Below, piece by piece: positions 13,701 to 27,300 of a stretch of DNA of 64,000 nucleotides. The DNA is from Auanema rhodensis. Its lineage: Eukaryota > Animalia > Nematoda. Under the pieces are notes generated by a model that worked only from the letters and a program-made list of their open reading frames with translations, was not told the DNA's origin and did not search any database. The stretch covers positions 4,278,001 to 4,342,000 of the forward strand of contig OZ059896.1 of NCBI GenBank assembly GCA_964057225.1, read 5' to 3'. Both the position numbers and the translations under genes were made by a program. Every line of letters starts with the position of its first letter. Position 1 is the first letter of the stretch.

Positions 13701-14380
13701 CATGGGGATTCTAATTTTGAAAACCGCATCTCTTTATCTTTCACGTGAAGCGAGTTACATACCTAGTGCACATCACGTGTACATTTAATTAGCATAAATT
13801 AAAGTTCACGTAAATTTCAAAGTCATGGTTACCATGAACCAATATCAATAAAAATTTGTTTTTAGACTAATTTGGACATGGGGATTCTAATTTTGAAAAC
13901 CGCATCTCTTTATCTTTCACGTGAAGCGAGTTACATACCTAGTGCACATCACGTGTACATTTAATTAGCATAAATTAAAGTTCACGTAAATTTCAAAGTC
14001 ATGGTTACCATGAACCAATATCAATAAAAATTTGTTTTTAAACTAATATGGACATGGGGAATCTAATTTTGAAAACCGCATCTCTTTATCTTTCACGTGA
14101 AGCGAGTTACATACCTAGTGCACATCACGTGTACATTTAATTAGCATAACTTAAAGTTCACGTAAATTTCAAAGTCATGGTTACCATGCACCAATATCAA
14201 TAAAAGTTTGTTTTTAGACTAATATGGACATGGGGAATCTAATTTTGAGAACCGCATCTCTTTATCTTTCACGTGAAGCGAGTTACATATAAAGTGCACA
14301 TCACGTGTACATTTAATTAGCATAAATTAAAGTTCACGTAAATTTCAAAGTCATGGTTACCATGAACCAATATCAATAAA
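4710..14380 (+). repeat. 30-monomer (5280-bp) offset duplication: ~4710-9100 repeated at ~9990-14380
   Basis: Rare markers recur at +5280: CCATTTTTAAAAACC before monomers 4926/10206, ATCGC+GAGGCG at 5454/10734, CATAAGTTAA+CATAAACC at 8094/13374, CATAACTT at 8870/14150. Confidence 0.88.
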
Positions 14381-17300
14381 AATTTGTTTTTAGACTAATA
14401 TGGACATGGGGAATCTACTTTTGAAAACCGCATCTCTTTATCTTTCACGTGAAGCGAGTTACATACCAAGTGCACATCACGTGTACATTTAATTAGCATA
14501 AATTAAAGTTCACGTAAATTTCAAAGTCATGGTTACCATGAACCAATATCAATAAAAATTTGTTTTTAAACTAATATGGACATGGGGAATCTAATTTTGA
14601 AAACCGCATCTCTTTATCTTTCAAGTGAAGCGAGTTACATACCAAGTGCACATCACGTGTACATTTAATTAGCATAAATTAAAGTTCACGTAAATTTCAA
14701 AGTCATGGTTACCATGAACCAATATCAATAAAAATTTGTTTTCAAACTAATATGGACATGGGGATTCTAATTTTGAAAACCGCATCTCTTTATCTTTCAC
14801 GTGAAGCGAGTTACATACCTAGTGCACATCACGTGTACATTTAATTAGCATAAATTAAAGTTCACGTAAATTTCAAAGTCATGGTTACCATGAACCAATA
14901 TCAATAAAAATTTGTTTTTAGACTAATTTGGACATGGGGAATCTAATTTTGAAAACCGCATCTCTTTATCTTTCAAGTGAAGCGAGTTACATACCAAGTG
15001 CACATCACGTGTACATTTAATTAGCATAAATTAAAGTTCACGTAAATTTCAAAGTCATGGTTACCATGAACCAATATCAATAAAAATTTGTTTTTAAACT
15101 AATATGGACATGGGGAATCTAATTTTGAAAACGGCATCTCTTTATCTTTCACGTGAAGCGAGTTACATACCTAGTGCACATCACGTGTACATTTAATTAG
15201 CATAAGTTGAAGTTCACGTAAATTTCAAAGTCATGGTTACCATGAACCAATATCAATGAAAATTTGTTTTTAGACTAATATGGACATGGGGAATCTAATT
15301 TTGAAAACCGCATCTCTTTATCTTTCACGTGAAGCGAGTTACATATAAAGTGCACATCACGTGTACATTTAATTAGCATAAATTAAAGTTCACGTAAATT
15401 TCAAAGTCATGGTTACCATGAACCAATATCAATAAAAATTTGTTTTTAAACTAATATGGACATGGGGTATCTAATTTTGAAAACCGCATCTCTTTATCTT
15501 TCAAGTGAAGCGAGTTACATACCTAGTGCACATCACGTGTACATTTAATTAGCATAAATTAAAGTTCACGCAAATTTCAAAGTCATGGTTACCATGAACC
15601 AATATCAATAAAAATTTGTTTTTAGACTAATTTGGACATGGGGATTCTAATTTTGAAAACCGCATCTCTTTATCTTCCACGTGAAGCGAGTTACATACCT
15701 AGTGCACATCACGTGTACATTTAATTAGCATAAATTAAAGTTCACGTAAATTTCAAAGTCATGGTTACCATGAACCAATATCAATAAAAATTTGTTTTTA
15801 GACTAATTTGGACATGGGGATTCCAATTTTGAAAACCGCATCTCTTTATCTTTCACGTGAAGCGAGTTACATACCTAGTGCACATCACGTGTACATTTAA
15901 TTAGCATAAATTAAAGTTCACGTAAATTTCAAAGTCATGGTTACCATGAACCAATATCAATAAAAATTTGTTTTTAAACTAATATGGACATGGGGAATCT
16001 AATTTTGAAAACCGCATCTCTTTATCTTTCACGTGAAGCGAGTTACATACCTAGTGCACATCACGTGTACATTTAATTAGCATAAATTAAAGTTCACGTA
16101 AATTTCAAAGTCATGGTTACCATGCACCAATATCAATAAAAGTTTGTTTTTAGACTAATATGGACATGGGGAATCTAATTTTGAGAACCGCATCTCTTTA
16201 TCTTTCACGTGAAGCGAGTTACATATAAAGTGCACATCACGTGTACATTTAATTAGCATAAATTAAAGTTCACGTAAATTTCAAAGTCATGGTTACCATG
16301 AACCAATATCAATAAAAATTTGTTTTTAGACTAATATGGACATGGGGAATCTAATTTTGAAAACGGCATCTCTTTATCTTTCACGTGAAGCGAGTTACAT
16401 ACCAAGTGCACATCACGTGTACATTTAATTAGCATAAATTAAAGTTCACGTAAATTTCAAAGTCATGGTTACCATGAACCAATATCAATAAAAATTTGTT
16501 TTTAAACTAATATGAACATGGGGAATCTAATTTTGAAAACCGCATCTCTTTATCTTTCAAGTGAAGCGAGTTACATACCAAGTGCACATCACGTGTACAT
16601 TTAATTAGCATAAATTAAAGTTCACGTAAATTTCAAAGTCATGGTTACCATGAACCAATATCAATAAAAATTTGTTTTCAAACTAATATGGACATGGGGA
16701 TTCTAATTTTGAAAACCGCATCTCTTTATCTTTCACGTGAAGCGAGTTACATACCTAGTGCACATCACGTGTACATTTAATTAGCATAAATTAAAGTTCA
16801 CGTAAATTTCAAAGTCATGGTTACCATGAACCAATATCAATAAGTTTGTTTTTAGACTAATTTGGACATGGGGAATCTAATTTTGAAAACCGCATCTCTT
16901 TATCTTTCAAGTGAAGCGAGTTACATACCAAGTGCACATCACGTGTACATTTAATTAGCATAAATTAAAGTTCACGTAAATTTCAAAGTCATGATTACCA
17001 TGAACCAATATCAATAAAAATTTGTTTTTAAACTAATATGGACATGGGGAATCTAATTTTGAAAACCGCATCTCTTTATCTTTCAAGTGAAGCGAGTTAC
17101 ATACCTAGTGCACATCACGTGTACATTTAATTAGCATAAATTAAAGTTCACGCAAATTTCAAAGTCATGGTTACCATGAACCAATATCAATAAAAATTTG
17201 TTTTTAGACTAATTTGGACATGGGGATTCTAATTTTGAAAACCGCATCTCTTTATCTTTCACGTGAAGCGAGTTACATACCTAGTGCACATCACGTGTAC

Positions 17301-20300
17301 ATTTAATTAGCATAAATTAAAGTTCACGTAAATTTCAAAGTCATGGTTACCATGAACCAATATCAATAAAAATTTGTTTTTAGACTAATTTGGACATGGG
17401 GATTCTAATTTTGAAAACCGCATCTCTTTATCTTTCACGTGAAGCGAGTTACATACCTAGTGCACATCACGTGTACATTTAATTAGCATAAATTAAAGTT
17501 CACGTAAATTTCAAAGTCATGGTTACCATGAACCAATATCAATAAAAATTTGTTTTGAAACTAATATGGACATGGGGAATCTAATTTTGAAAACCGCATC
17601 TCTTTATCTTTCACGTGAAGCGAGTTACATACCTAGTGCACATCACGTGTACATTTAATTAGCATAAATTAAAGTTCACGTAAATTTCAAAGTCATGGTT
17701 ACCATGAACCAATATCAATAAAAATTTGTTTTTAAACTAATATGGACATGGGGAATCTAATTTTGAAAACCGCATCTCTTTATCTTTCACGTGAAGCGAG
17801 TTACATACCTAGTGCACATCACGTGTACATTTAATTAGCATAAATTAAAGTTCACGTAAATTTCAAAGTCATGGTTACCATGCACCAATATCAATAAAAG
17901 TTTGTTTTTAGACTAATATGGACATGGGGAATCTAATTTTGAGAACCGCATCTCTTTATCTTTCACGTGAAGCGAGTTACATATAAAGTGCACATCACGT
18001 GTACATTTAATTAGCATAAATTAAAGTTCACGTAAATTTCAAAGTCATTGGTTACCATGAACCAATATCAATAAAAATTTGTTTTTAGACTAATATGGAC
18101 ATGGGGAATCTAATTTTGAAAACCGCATCTCTTTATCTTTCACGTGAAGCGAGTTACATACCAAGTGCACATCACGTGTACATTTAATTAGCATAAATTA
18201 AAGTTCACGTAAATTTCAAAGTCATGGTTACCATGAACCAATATCAATAAAAATTTGTTTTTAAACTAATATGGACATGGGGAATCTAATTTTGAAAACC
18301 GCATCTTTTTATCTTTCACGTGAAGCGAGTTACATACCTAGTGCACATCACGTGTACATTTAATTAGCATAAATTAAAGTTCACGTAAATTTCAAAGTCA
18401 TGGTTACCATGCACCAATATCAATAAAAGTTTGTTTTTAGACTAATATGGACATGGGGAATCTAATTTTGAGAACCGCATCTCTTTATCTTTCACGTGAA
18501 GCGAGTTACATATAAAGTGCACATCACGTGTACATTTAATTAGCATAAATTAAAGTTCACGTAAATTTCAAAGTCATGGTTACCATGAACCAATATCAAT
18601 AAAAATTTGTTTTTAGACTAATATGGACATGGGGAATCTAATTTTGAAAACCGCATCTCTTTATCTTTCACGTGAAGCGAGTTACATACCAAGTGCACAT
18701 CACGTGTACATTTAATTAGCATAAGTTGAAGTTCACGTAAATTTCAAAGTCATGGTTACCATGAACCAATATCAATAAAAATTTGTTTTTAAACTAATAT
18801 GGACATGGGGAATCTAATTTTGAAAACCGCATCTCTTTATCTTTCACTTGAAGCGAGTTACATACCAAGTGCACATCACGTGTACATTTAATTAGCATAA
18901 ATTAAAGTTCACGTAAATTTCAAAGTCATGGTTACCATGCACCAATATTAATAAAAATTTGTTTTTAGACTAATATGGACATGGGGAATCTAATTTTGAA
19001 AACCGCATCTCTTTATCTTTCAAGTGAAGCGAGTTACATACCAAGTGCACATCACGTGTACATTTAATTAGCATAAATTAAAGTTCACGTAAATTTCAAA
19101 GTCATGGTTACCATGAACCAATATCAATAAAAATTTGTTTTTAAACTAATATGGACATGGGGATTCTAATTTTGAAAACCGCATCTCTTTATCTTTCACG
19201 TGAAGCGAGTTACATATAAAGTGCACATCACGTGTACATTTAATTAGCATAAATTAAAGTTCACGTAAAATTCAAAGTCATGGTTACCATGAACCAATAT
19301 CAATAAAAATTTGTTTTTAAACTAATATGGACATGGGGAATCTAATTTTGAAAACCGCATCTCTTTATCTTTCACGTGAAGCGAGTTACATACCTAGTGC
19401 ACATCACGTGTACATTTAATTAGCATAAATTAAAGTTCACGTAAATTTCAAAGTCATGGTTACCATGAACCAATATCAATAAAAATTTGTTTTTAGACTA
19501 ATATGGACATGGGGAATCTAATTTTGAAAACCGCATCTCTTTATCTTTCACGTGAAGCGAGTTACATATAAAGTGCACATCACGTGTACATTTAATTAGC
19601 ATAAATTAAAGTTCACGTAAATTTCAAAGTCATGGTTACCATGCACCAATATTAATAAAAATTGGTTTTTAGACTAATATGGACATGGGGAATCTAATTT
19701 TGAAAACTGCATCTCTTTATCTTTCACGTGAAGCGAGTTACATACCAAGTGCACATCACGTGTACACTTAATTAGCATAAATTAAAGTTCACGTTAATTT
19801 CAAAGTCATGGTTACCATGAACCAATATCAATAAAAACTTGTTTTTAGACTAATATGGACATGGGGAATCTAATTTTGAAAACCGCATCTCTTTATCTTT
19901 CACGTGAAGCGAGTTACATATAAAGTGCACATCACGTGTACATTTAATTAGCATAAATTAAAGTTCACGTAAATTTCAAAGTCATGGTTACCATGCACCA
20001 ATATTAATAAAAATTTGTTTTTAGACTAATATGGACATGGGGAATCTAATTTTGAAAACCGCATCTTTTTATCTTTCACGTGAAGCGAGTTACATACCAA
20101 GTGCACATCACGTGTACACTAAATTAGCATAAATTAAAGTTCACGTTAATTTCAAAGTCATGGTTACCATGCACCAATATCAATAAAAATTTGTTTTTAG
20201 ACTAATTTGGACATGGGGAATCTAATTTTGAAAACCGCATCTCTTTATCTTTCACGTGAGGCGAGTTACATACCAAGTGCACATCACGTGTACATTTAAT

Positions 20301-23300
20301 TAGCATAAATTAAAGTTCACGTAAATTTCAAAGTCATGGTTACCATGAACCAATATCAATAAAAATTTGTTTTTAGACTAATATGGACATGGGGAATCTA
20401 ATTTTGAAAACCGCATCTCTTTATCTTTCAAGTGAAGCGAGTTACATACCAAGTGCACATCACGTGTACATTTAATTAGCATAAATTAAAGTTCACGTAA
20501 ATTTCAAATTCATGGTTACCATGAACCAATATCAATAAAAATTTGTTTTTCAACTAATATGGACATGGGGATTCTAATTTTGAAAACCGCATCTCTTTAT
20601 CTTTCACGTGAAGCGAGTTACATACCTAGTGCACATCACGTGTACATTTAATTAGCATAAATTAAAGTTCACGTAAATTTCAAAGTCATGGTTACCATGA
20701 ACCAATATCAATAAAAATTTGTTTTTAGACTAAATTGGACATGGGGAATCTAATTTTGAAAACCGCATCTCTTTATCTTTCAAGTGAAGCGAGTTACATA
20801 CCAAGTGCACATCAAGTGTACATTTAATTAGCATAAATTAAAGTTCACGTAAATTTCAAATTCATGGTTACCATGAACCAATATCAATAAAAATTTGTTT
20901 TTAAACTAATATGGACATGGGGAATCTAATTTTGAAAACCGCATCTCTTTATCTTTCACGTGAAGCGAGTTACATACCTAGTGCACATCACGTGTACATT
21001 TAATTAGCATAAATTAAAGTTCACGTAAATTTCAAATTCATGGTTACCATGAACCAATATCAATAAAAATTTGTTTTTAAACTAATATGGACATGGGGAT
21101 TCTAATTTTGAAAACCGCATCTCTTTATCTTTCACGTGAAGCGAGTTACATACCTAGTGCACATCACGTGTACATTTAATTAGCATAAATTAAAGTTCAC
21201 GTAAATTTCAAAGTCATGGTTACCATGAACCAATATCAATAAAAATATGTTTTTAGACTAATTTGGACATGGGGAATCTAATTTTGAAAACCGCATCTCT
21301 TTATCTTTCACGTGAAGCGAGTTACATATAAAGTGCACATCACGTGTACATTTAATTAGCATAAATTAAAGTTCACGTAAATTTCAAAGTCATGGTTACC
21401 ATGCACCAATATTAATAAAAATTTGTTTTTAGACTAATATGGACATGGGGAATCTAATTTTGAAAACCGCATCTTTTTATCTTTCACGTGAAGCGAGTTA
21501 CATACCAAGTGCACATCACGTGTACACTAAATTAGCATAAATTAAAGTTCACGTTAATTTCAAAGTCATGGTTACCATGCACCAATATCAATAAAAATTT
21601 GTTTTTAGACTAATTTGGACATGGGGAATCTAATTTTGAAAACCGCATCTCTTTATCTTTCACGTGAGGCGAGTTACATACCAAGTGCACATCACGTGTA
21701 CATTTAATTAGCATAAATTAAAGTTCACGTAAATTTCAAAGTCATGGTTACCATGAACCAATATCAATAAAAATTTGTTTTTAGACTAATATGGACATGG
21801 GGAATCTAATTTTGAAAACCGCATCTCTTTATCTTTCAAGTGAAGCGAGTTACATACCGAGTGCACATCACGTGTACATTTAATTAGCATAAATTAAAGT
21901 TCACGTAAATTTCAAATTCATGGTTACCATGAACCAATATCAATAAAAATTTGTTTTTAAACTAATATGGACATGGGGATTCTAATTTTGAAAACCGCAT
22001 CTCTTTATCTTTCACGTGAAGCGAGTTACATACCTAGTGCACATCACGTGTACATTTAATTAGCATAAATTAAAGTTCACGTAAATTTCAAAGTCATGGT
22101 TACCATGAACCAATATCAATAAAAATTTGTTCTTAGACTAATTTGGACATGGGGAATCTAATTTTGAAAACCGCATCTCTTTATCTTTCAAGTGAAGCGA
22201 GTTACATACCAAGTGCACATCACGTGTACATTTAATTAGCATAAATTAAAGTTCACGTAAATTTCAAATTCATGGTTACCATGAACCAATATCAATAAAA
22301 ATTTGTTTTTAAACTAATATGGACATGGGGAATCTAATTTTGAAAACCGCATCTCTTTATCTTTCACGTGAAGCGAGTTACATACCTAGTGCACATCACG
22401 TGTACATTTAATTAGCATAAATTAAAGTTCACGTAAATTTCAAATTCATGGTTACCATGAACCAATATCAATAAAAATTTGTTTTTAAACTAATATGGAC
22501 ATGGGGATTCTAATTTTGAAAACCGCATCTCTTTATCTTTCACGTGAAGCGAGTTACATACCTAGTGCACATCACGTGTACATTTAATTAGCATAAATTA
22601 AAGTTCACGTAAATTTCAAAGTCATGGTTACCATGAACCAATATCAATAAAAATTTGTTTTTAGACTAATATGGACATGGGGAATCTAATTTTGAAAACC
22701 GCATCTTTTCATCTTTCACGTGAAGCGAGTTACATACCAAGTGCACATCACGTATACACTAAATTAGCATAAATTAAAGTTCACGTTAATTTCAAAGTCA
22801 TGGTTACCATGCACCAATATCAATAAAAATTTGTTTTTAGACTAATTTGGACATGGGAAATCTAATTTTGAAAACCGCATCTTTTTATCTTTCACGTGAA
22901 GCGAGTTACATACCAAGTGCACATCACGTGTACACTAAATTAGCATAAATTAAAGTTCACGTAAATTTCAAAGTCATGGTTACCATGCACCAATATCAAT
23001 AAAAATTTGTTTTTAGACTAATATGGACATGGAGAATCTAATTTTGAAAACTGCATCTCTTTATCTTTCACGTGAAGCGAGTTACATACCAAGTGCACAT
23101 CACGTGTACATTTAATTAGCATAAATTAAAGTTCACGTAAATTTCAAACTCATGGTTACCATGCACCAATATCAATAAAAATTTGTTTTCAAACTAATAT
23201 GGACATGGGGATTCTAATTTTGAAAACCGCATCTTTTTATCTTTCACGTGAAGCGAGTTACATACCAAGTGCACATCACGTGTACATTTAATTAGCATAA

Positions 23301-24379
23301 ATTAAAGTTCACGTAAATTTCAAACTCATGGTTACCATGCACCAATATCAATAAAAATTTGTTTTTAGACTAATATGGACATGGAGAATCTAATTTTGAA
23401 AACCGCATCTCTTATCTTCCACGTGAAGCGAGTTACATACCAAGTGCACATCACGTGTACATTTAATTAGCATAAATTAAAGTTCACGTAAATTTCAAAT
23501 TCATGGTTACCATGAACCAATATCAATAAAAATTTGTTTTTAGACTAATTTGGACATGGGGAATCTAATTTTGAAAACCGCATCTCTTTATCTTTCAAGT
23601 GAAGCGAGTTACATACCAAGTGCACATCACGTGTACATTTAATTAGCATAAATTAAAGTTCACGTAAATTTCAAATTCATGGTTACCATGAACCAATATC
23701 AATAAAAATTTGTTTTTAAACTAATATGGACATGGGGAATCTAATTTTGAAAACCGCATCTCTTTATCTTTCACGTGAAGCGAGTTACATACCTAGTGCA
23801 CATCACGTGTACATTTAATTAGCATAAATTAAAGTTCACGTAAATTTCAAATTCATGGTTACCATGAACCAATATCAATAAAAATATGTTTTTAGACTAA
23901 TTTGGACATGGGGAATCTAATTTTGAAAACCGCATCTTTTTATCTTTCACGTGAAGCGAGTTACATACCAAGTGCACATCACGTGTACACTAAATTAGCA
24001 TAAATTAAAGTTCACGTTAATTTCAAAGTCATGGTTACCATGAACCAATATCAATAAAAATTTGTTTTTAGACTAATATGGACATGGGGAATCTAATTTT
24101 GAAAACCGCCTCTCTTTATCTTTCAAGTGAAGCGAGTTACATACCAAGTGCACATCACGTGTACATTTAATTAGCATAAATTAAAGTTCACGTAAATTTC
24201 AAATTCATGGTTACCATGAACCAATATCAATAAAAATTTGTTTTTAAACTAATATGGACATGGGGATTCTAATTTTGAAAACCGCATCTTTTTATCTTTC
24301 ACGTGAAGCGAGTTACATACCAAGTGCACATCACGTGTACATTTAATTAGCATAAATTAAAGTTCACGTAAATTTCAAA

Positions 24380-27300
24380 GTCATGGTTACCATGCACCAA
24401 TATCAATAAAATTTTGTTTTTAGACTAATATGGACATGGGGAATCTAATTTTGAAAACCGCATCTTTTTATCTTTCACGTGAAGCGAGTTACATACCAAG
24501 TGCACATCACGTGTACATTTAATTAGCATAAATTAAAGTTCACGTAAATTTCAAACTCATGGTTACCATGCACCAATATCAATAAAAATTTGTTTTTAGA
24601 CTAATATGGACATGGAGAATCTAATTTTGAAAATCGCATCTCTTTATCTTTCACGTGAGGCGAGTTACATACCAAGTGCACATCACGTGTACATTTAATT
24701 AGCATAAATTAAAGTTCACGTAAATTTCAAAGTCATGGTTACCATGAACCAATATCAATAAAAATTTGTTTTTAGACTAATATGGACATGGGGAATCTAA
24801 TTTTGAAAACCGCATCTCTTTATCTTTCAAGTGAAGCGAGTTACATACCAAGTGCACATCACGTGTACATTTAATTAGCATAAATTAAAGTTCACGTAAA
24901 TTTCAAATTCATGGTTACCATGAACCAATATCAATAAAAATTTGTTTCCAAACTAATATGGACATGGGGATTCTAATTTTGAAAACCGCATCTCTTTATC
25001 TTTCACGTGAAGCGAGTTACATACCTAGTGCACATCACGTGTACATTTAATTAGCATAAATTAAAGTTCACGTAAATTTCAAAGTCATGGTTACCATGAA
25101 CCAATATCAATAAAAATTTGTTTTTAGACTAATATGGACATGGGGAATCTAATTTTGAAAACCGCATCTCTTTATCTTTCAAGTGAAGCGAGTTACATAC
25201 CAAGTGCACATCACGTGTACATTTAATTAGCATAAATTAAAGTTCACGTAAATTTCAAATTCATGGTTACCATGAACCAATATCAATAAAAATTTGTTTC
25301 CAAACTAATATGGACATGGGGATTCTAATTTTGAAAACCGCATCTCTTTATCTTTCACGTGAAGCGAGTTACATACCTAGTGCACATCACGTGTACATTT
25401 AATTAGCATAAATTAAAGTTCACGTAAATTTCAAAGTCATGGTTACCATGAACCAATATCAATAAAAATTTGTTTTTAGACTAATTTGGACATGGGGAAT
25501 CTAATTTTGAAAACCGCATCTCTTTATCTTTCAAGTGAAGCGAGTTACATACCAAGTGCACATCACGTGTACATTTAATTAGCATAAATTAAAGTTCACG
25601 TAAATTTCAAAGTCATGGTTACCATGAACCAATATCAATAAAAATTTGTTTTTAAACTAATATGGACATGGGGAATCTAATTTTGAAAACCGCATCTCTT
25701 TATCTTTCACGTGAAGCGAGTTACATACCTAGTGCACATCACGTGTACATTTAATTAGCATAAATTAAAGTTCACGTAAATTTCAAAGTCATGGTTACCA
25801 TGAACCAATATCAATAAAAATTTGTTTTTAGACTAATTTGGACATGGGGAATCTAATTTTGAAAACCGCATCTCTTTATCTTTCAAGTGAAGCGAGTTAC
25901 ATACCAAGTGCACATCACGTGTACATTTAATTAGCATAAATTAAAGTTCACGTAAATTTCAAAGTCATGGTTACCATGCACCAATATTAATAAAAATTTG
26001 TTTTTAGACTAATATGGACATGGGGAATCTAATTTTGAAAACCGCATCTCTTTATCTTTCACGTGAAGCGAGTTACATACCAAGTGCACATCACGTGTAC
26101 ACTTAATTAGCATAAATTAAAGTTCACGTAAATTTCAAAGTCATGGTTACCATGAACCAATATCAATAAAAATTTGTTTTTAGACTAATATGGACATGGG
26201 GAATCTAATTTTGAAAACTGCATCTCTTTATCTTTCGAGTGAAGCGAGTTACATACCAAGTGCACATCACGTGTACATTTAATTAGCATAAATTAAAGTT
26301 CACGTAAATTTCAAAGTCATGGTTACCATGAACCAATATCAATAAAAATTTGTTTTTAAACTAATATGGACATGGGGAATCTAATTTTGAAAACCGCATC
26401 TCTTTATCTTTCACGTGAAGCGAGTTACATACCTAGTGCACATCACGTGTACATTTAATTAGCATAAATTAAAGTTCACGTAAATTTCAAAGTCATGGTT
26501 ACCATGAACCAATATCAATAAAAATTTGTTTTTAGACTAATAGGGACATGGGGAATCTAATTTTGAAAACCGCATCTCTTTATCTTTCACGTGAAACGAG
26601 TTACATATAAAGTGCACATCACGTGTACATTTAATTAGCATAAATTAAAGTTCACGTAAATTTCAAAGTCATGGTTACCATGCACCAATATTAATAAAAA
26701 TTTGTTTTTAGACTAATATGGACATGGGGAATCTAATTTTGAAAACCGCATCTCTTTATCTTTCACGTGAAGCGAGTTACATACCAAGTGCACATCACGT
26801 GTACACTTAATTAGCATAAATTAAAGTTCACGTTAATTTCAAAGTCATGGTTACCATGAACCAATATCAATAAAAATTTGTTTTTAGACTAATATGGACA
26901 TGGGGAATCTAATTTTGAAAACCGCCTCTCTTTATCTTTCAAGTGAAGCGAGTTACATACCAAGTGCACATCACGTGTACATTTAATTAGCATAAATTAA
27001 AGTTCACGTAAATTTCAAATTCATGGTTACCATGAACCAATATCAATAAAAATTTGTTTTTAAACTAATATGGACATGGGGATTCTAATTTTGAAAACCG
27101 CATCTCTTTATCTTTCACGTGAAGCGAGTTACATACCTAGTGCACATCACGTGTACATTTAATTAGCATAAATTAAAGTTCACGTAAATTTCAAAGTCAT
27201 GGTTACCATGAACCAATATCAATAAAAATTTGTTTTTAGACTAATATGGACATGGGGAATCTAATTTTGAAAACCGCATCTCTTTATCTTTCACGTGAAG

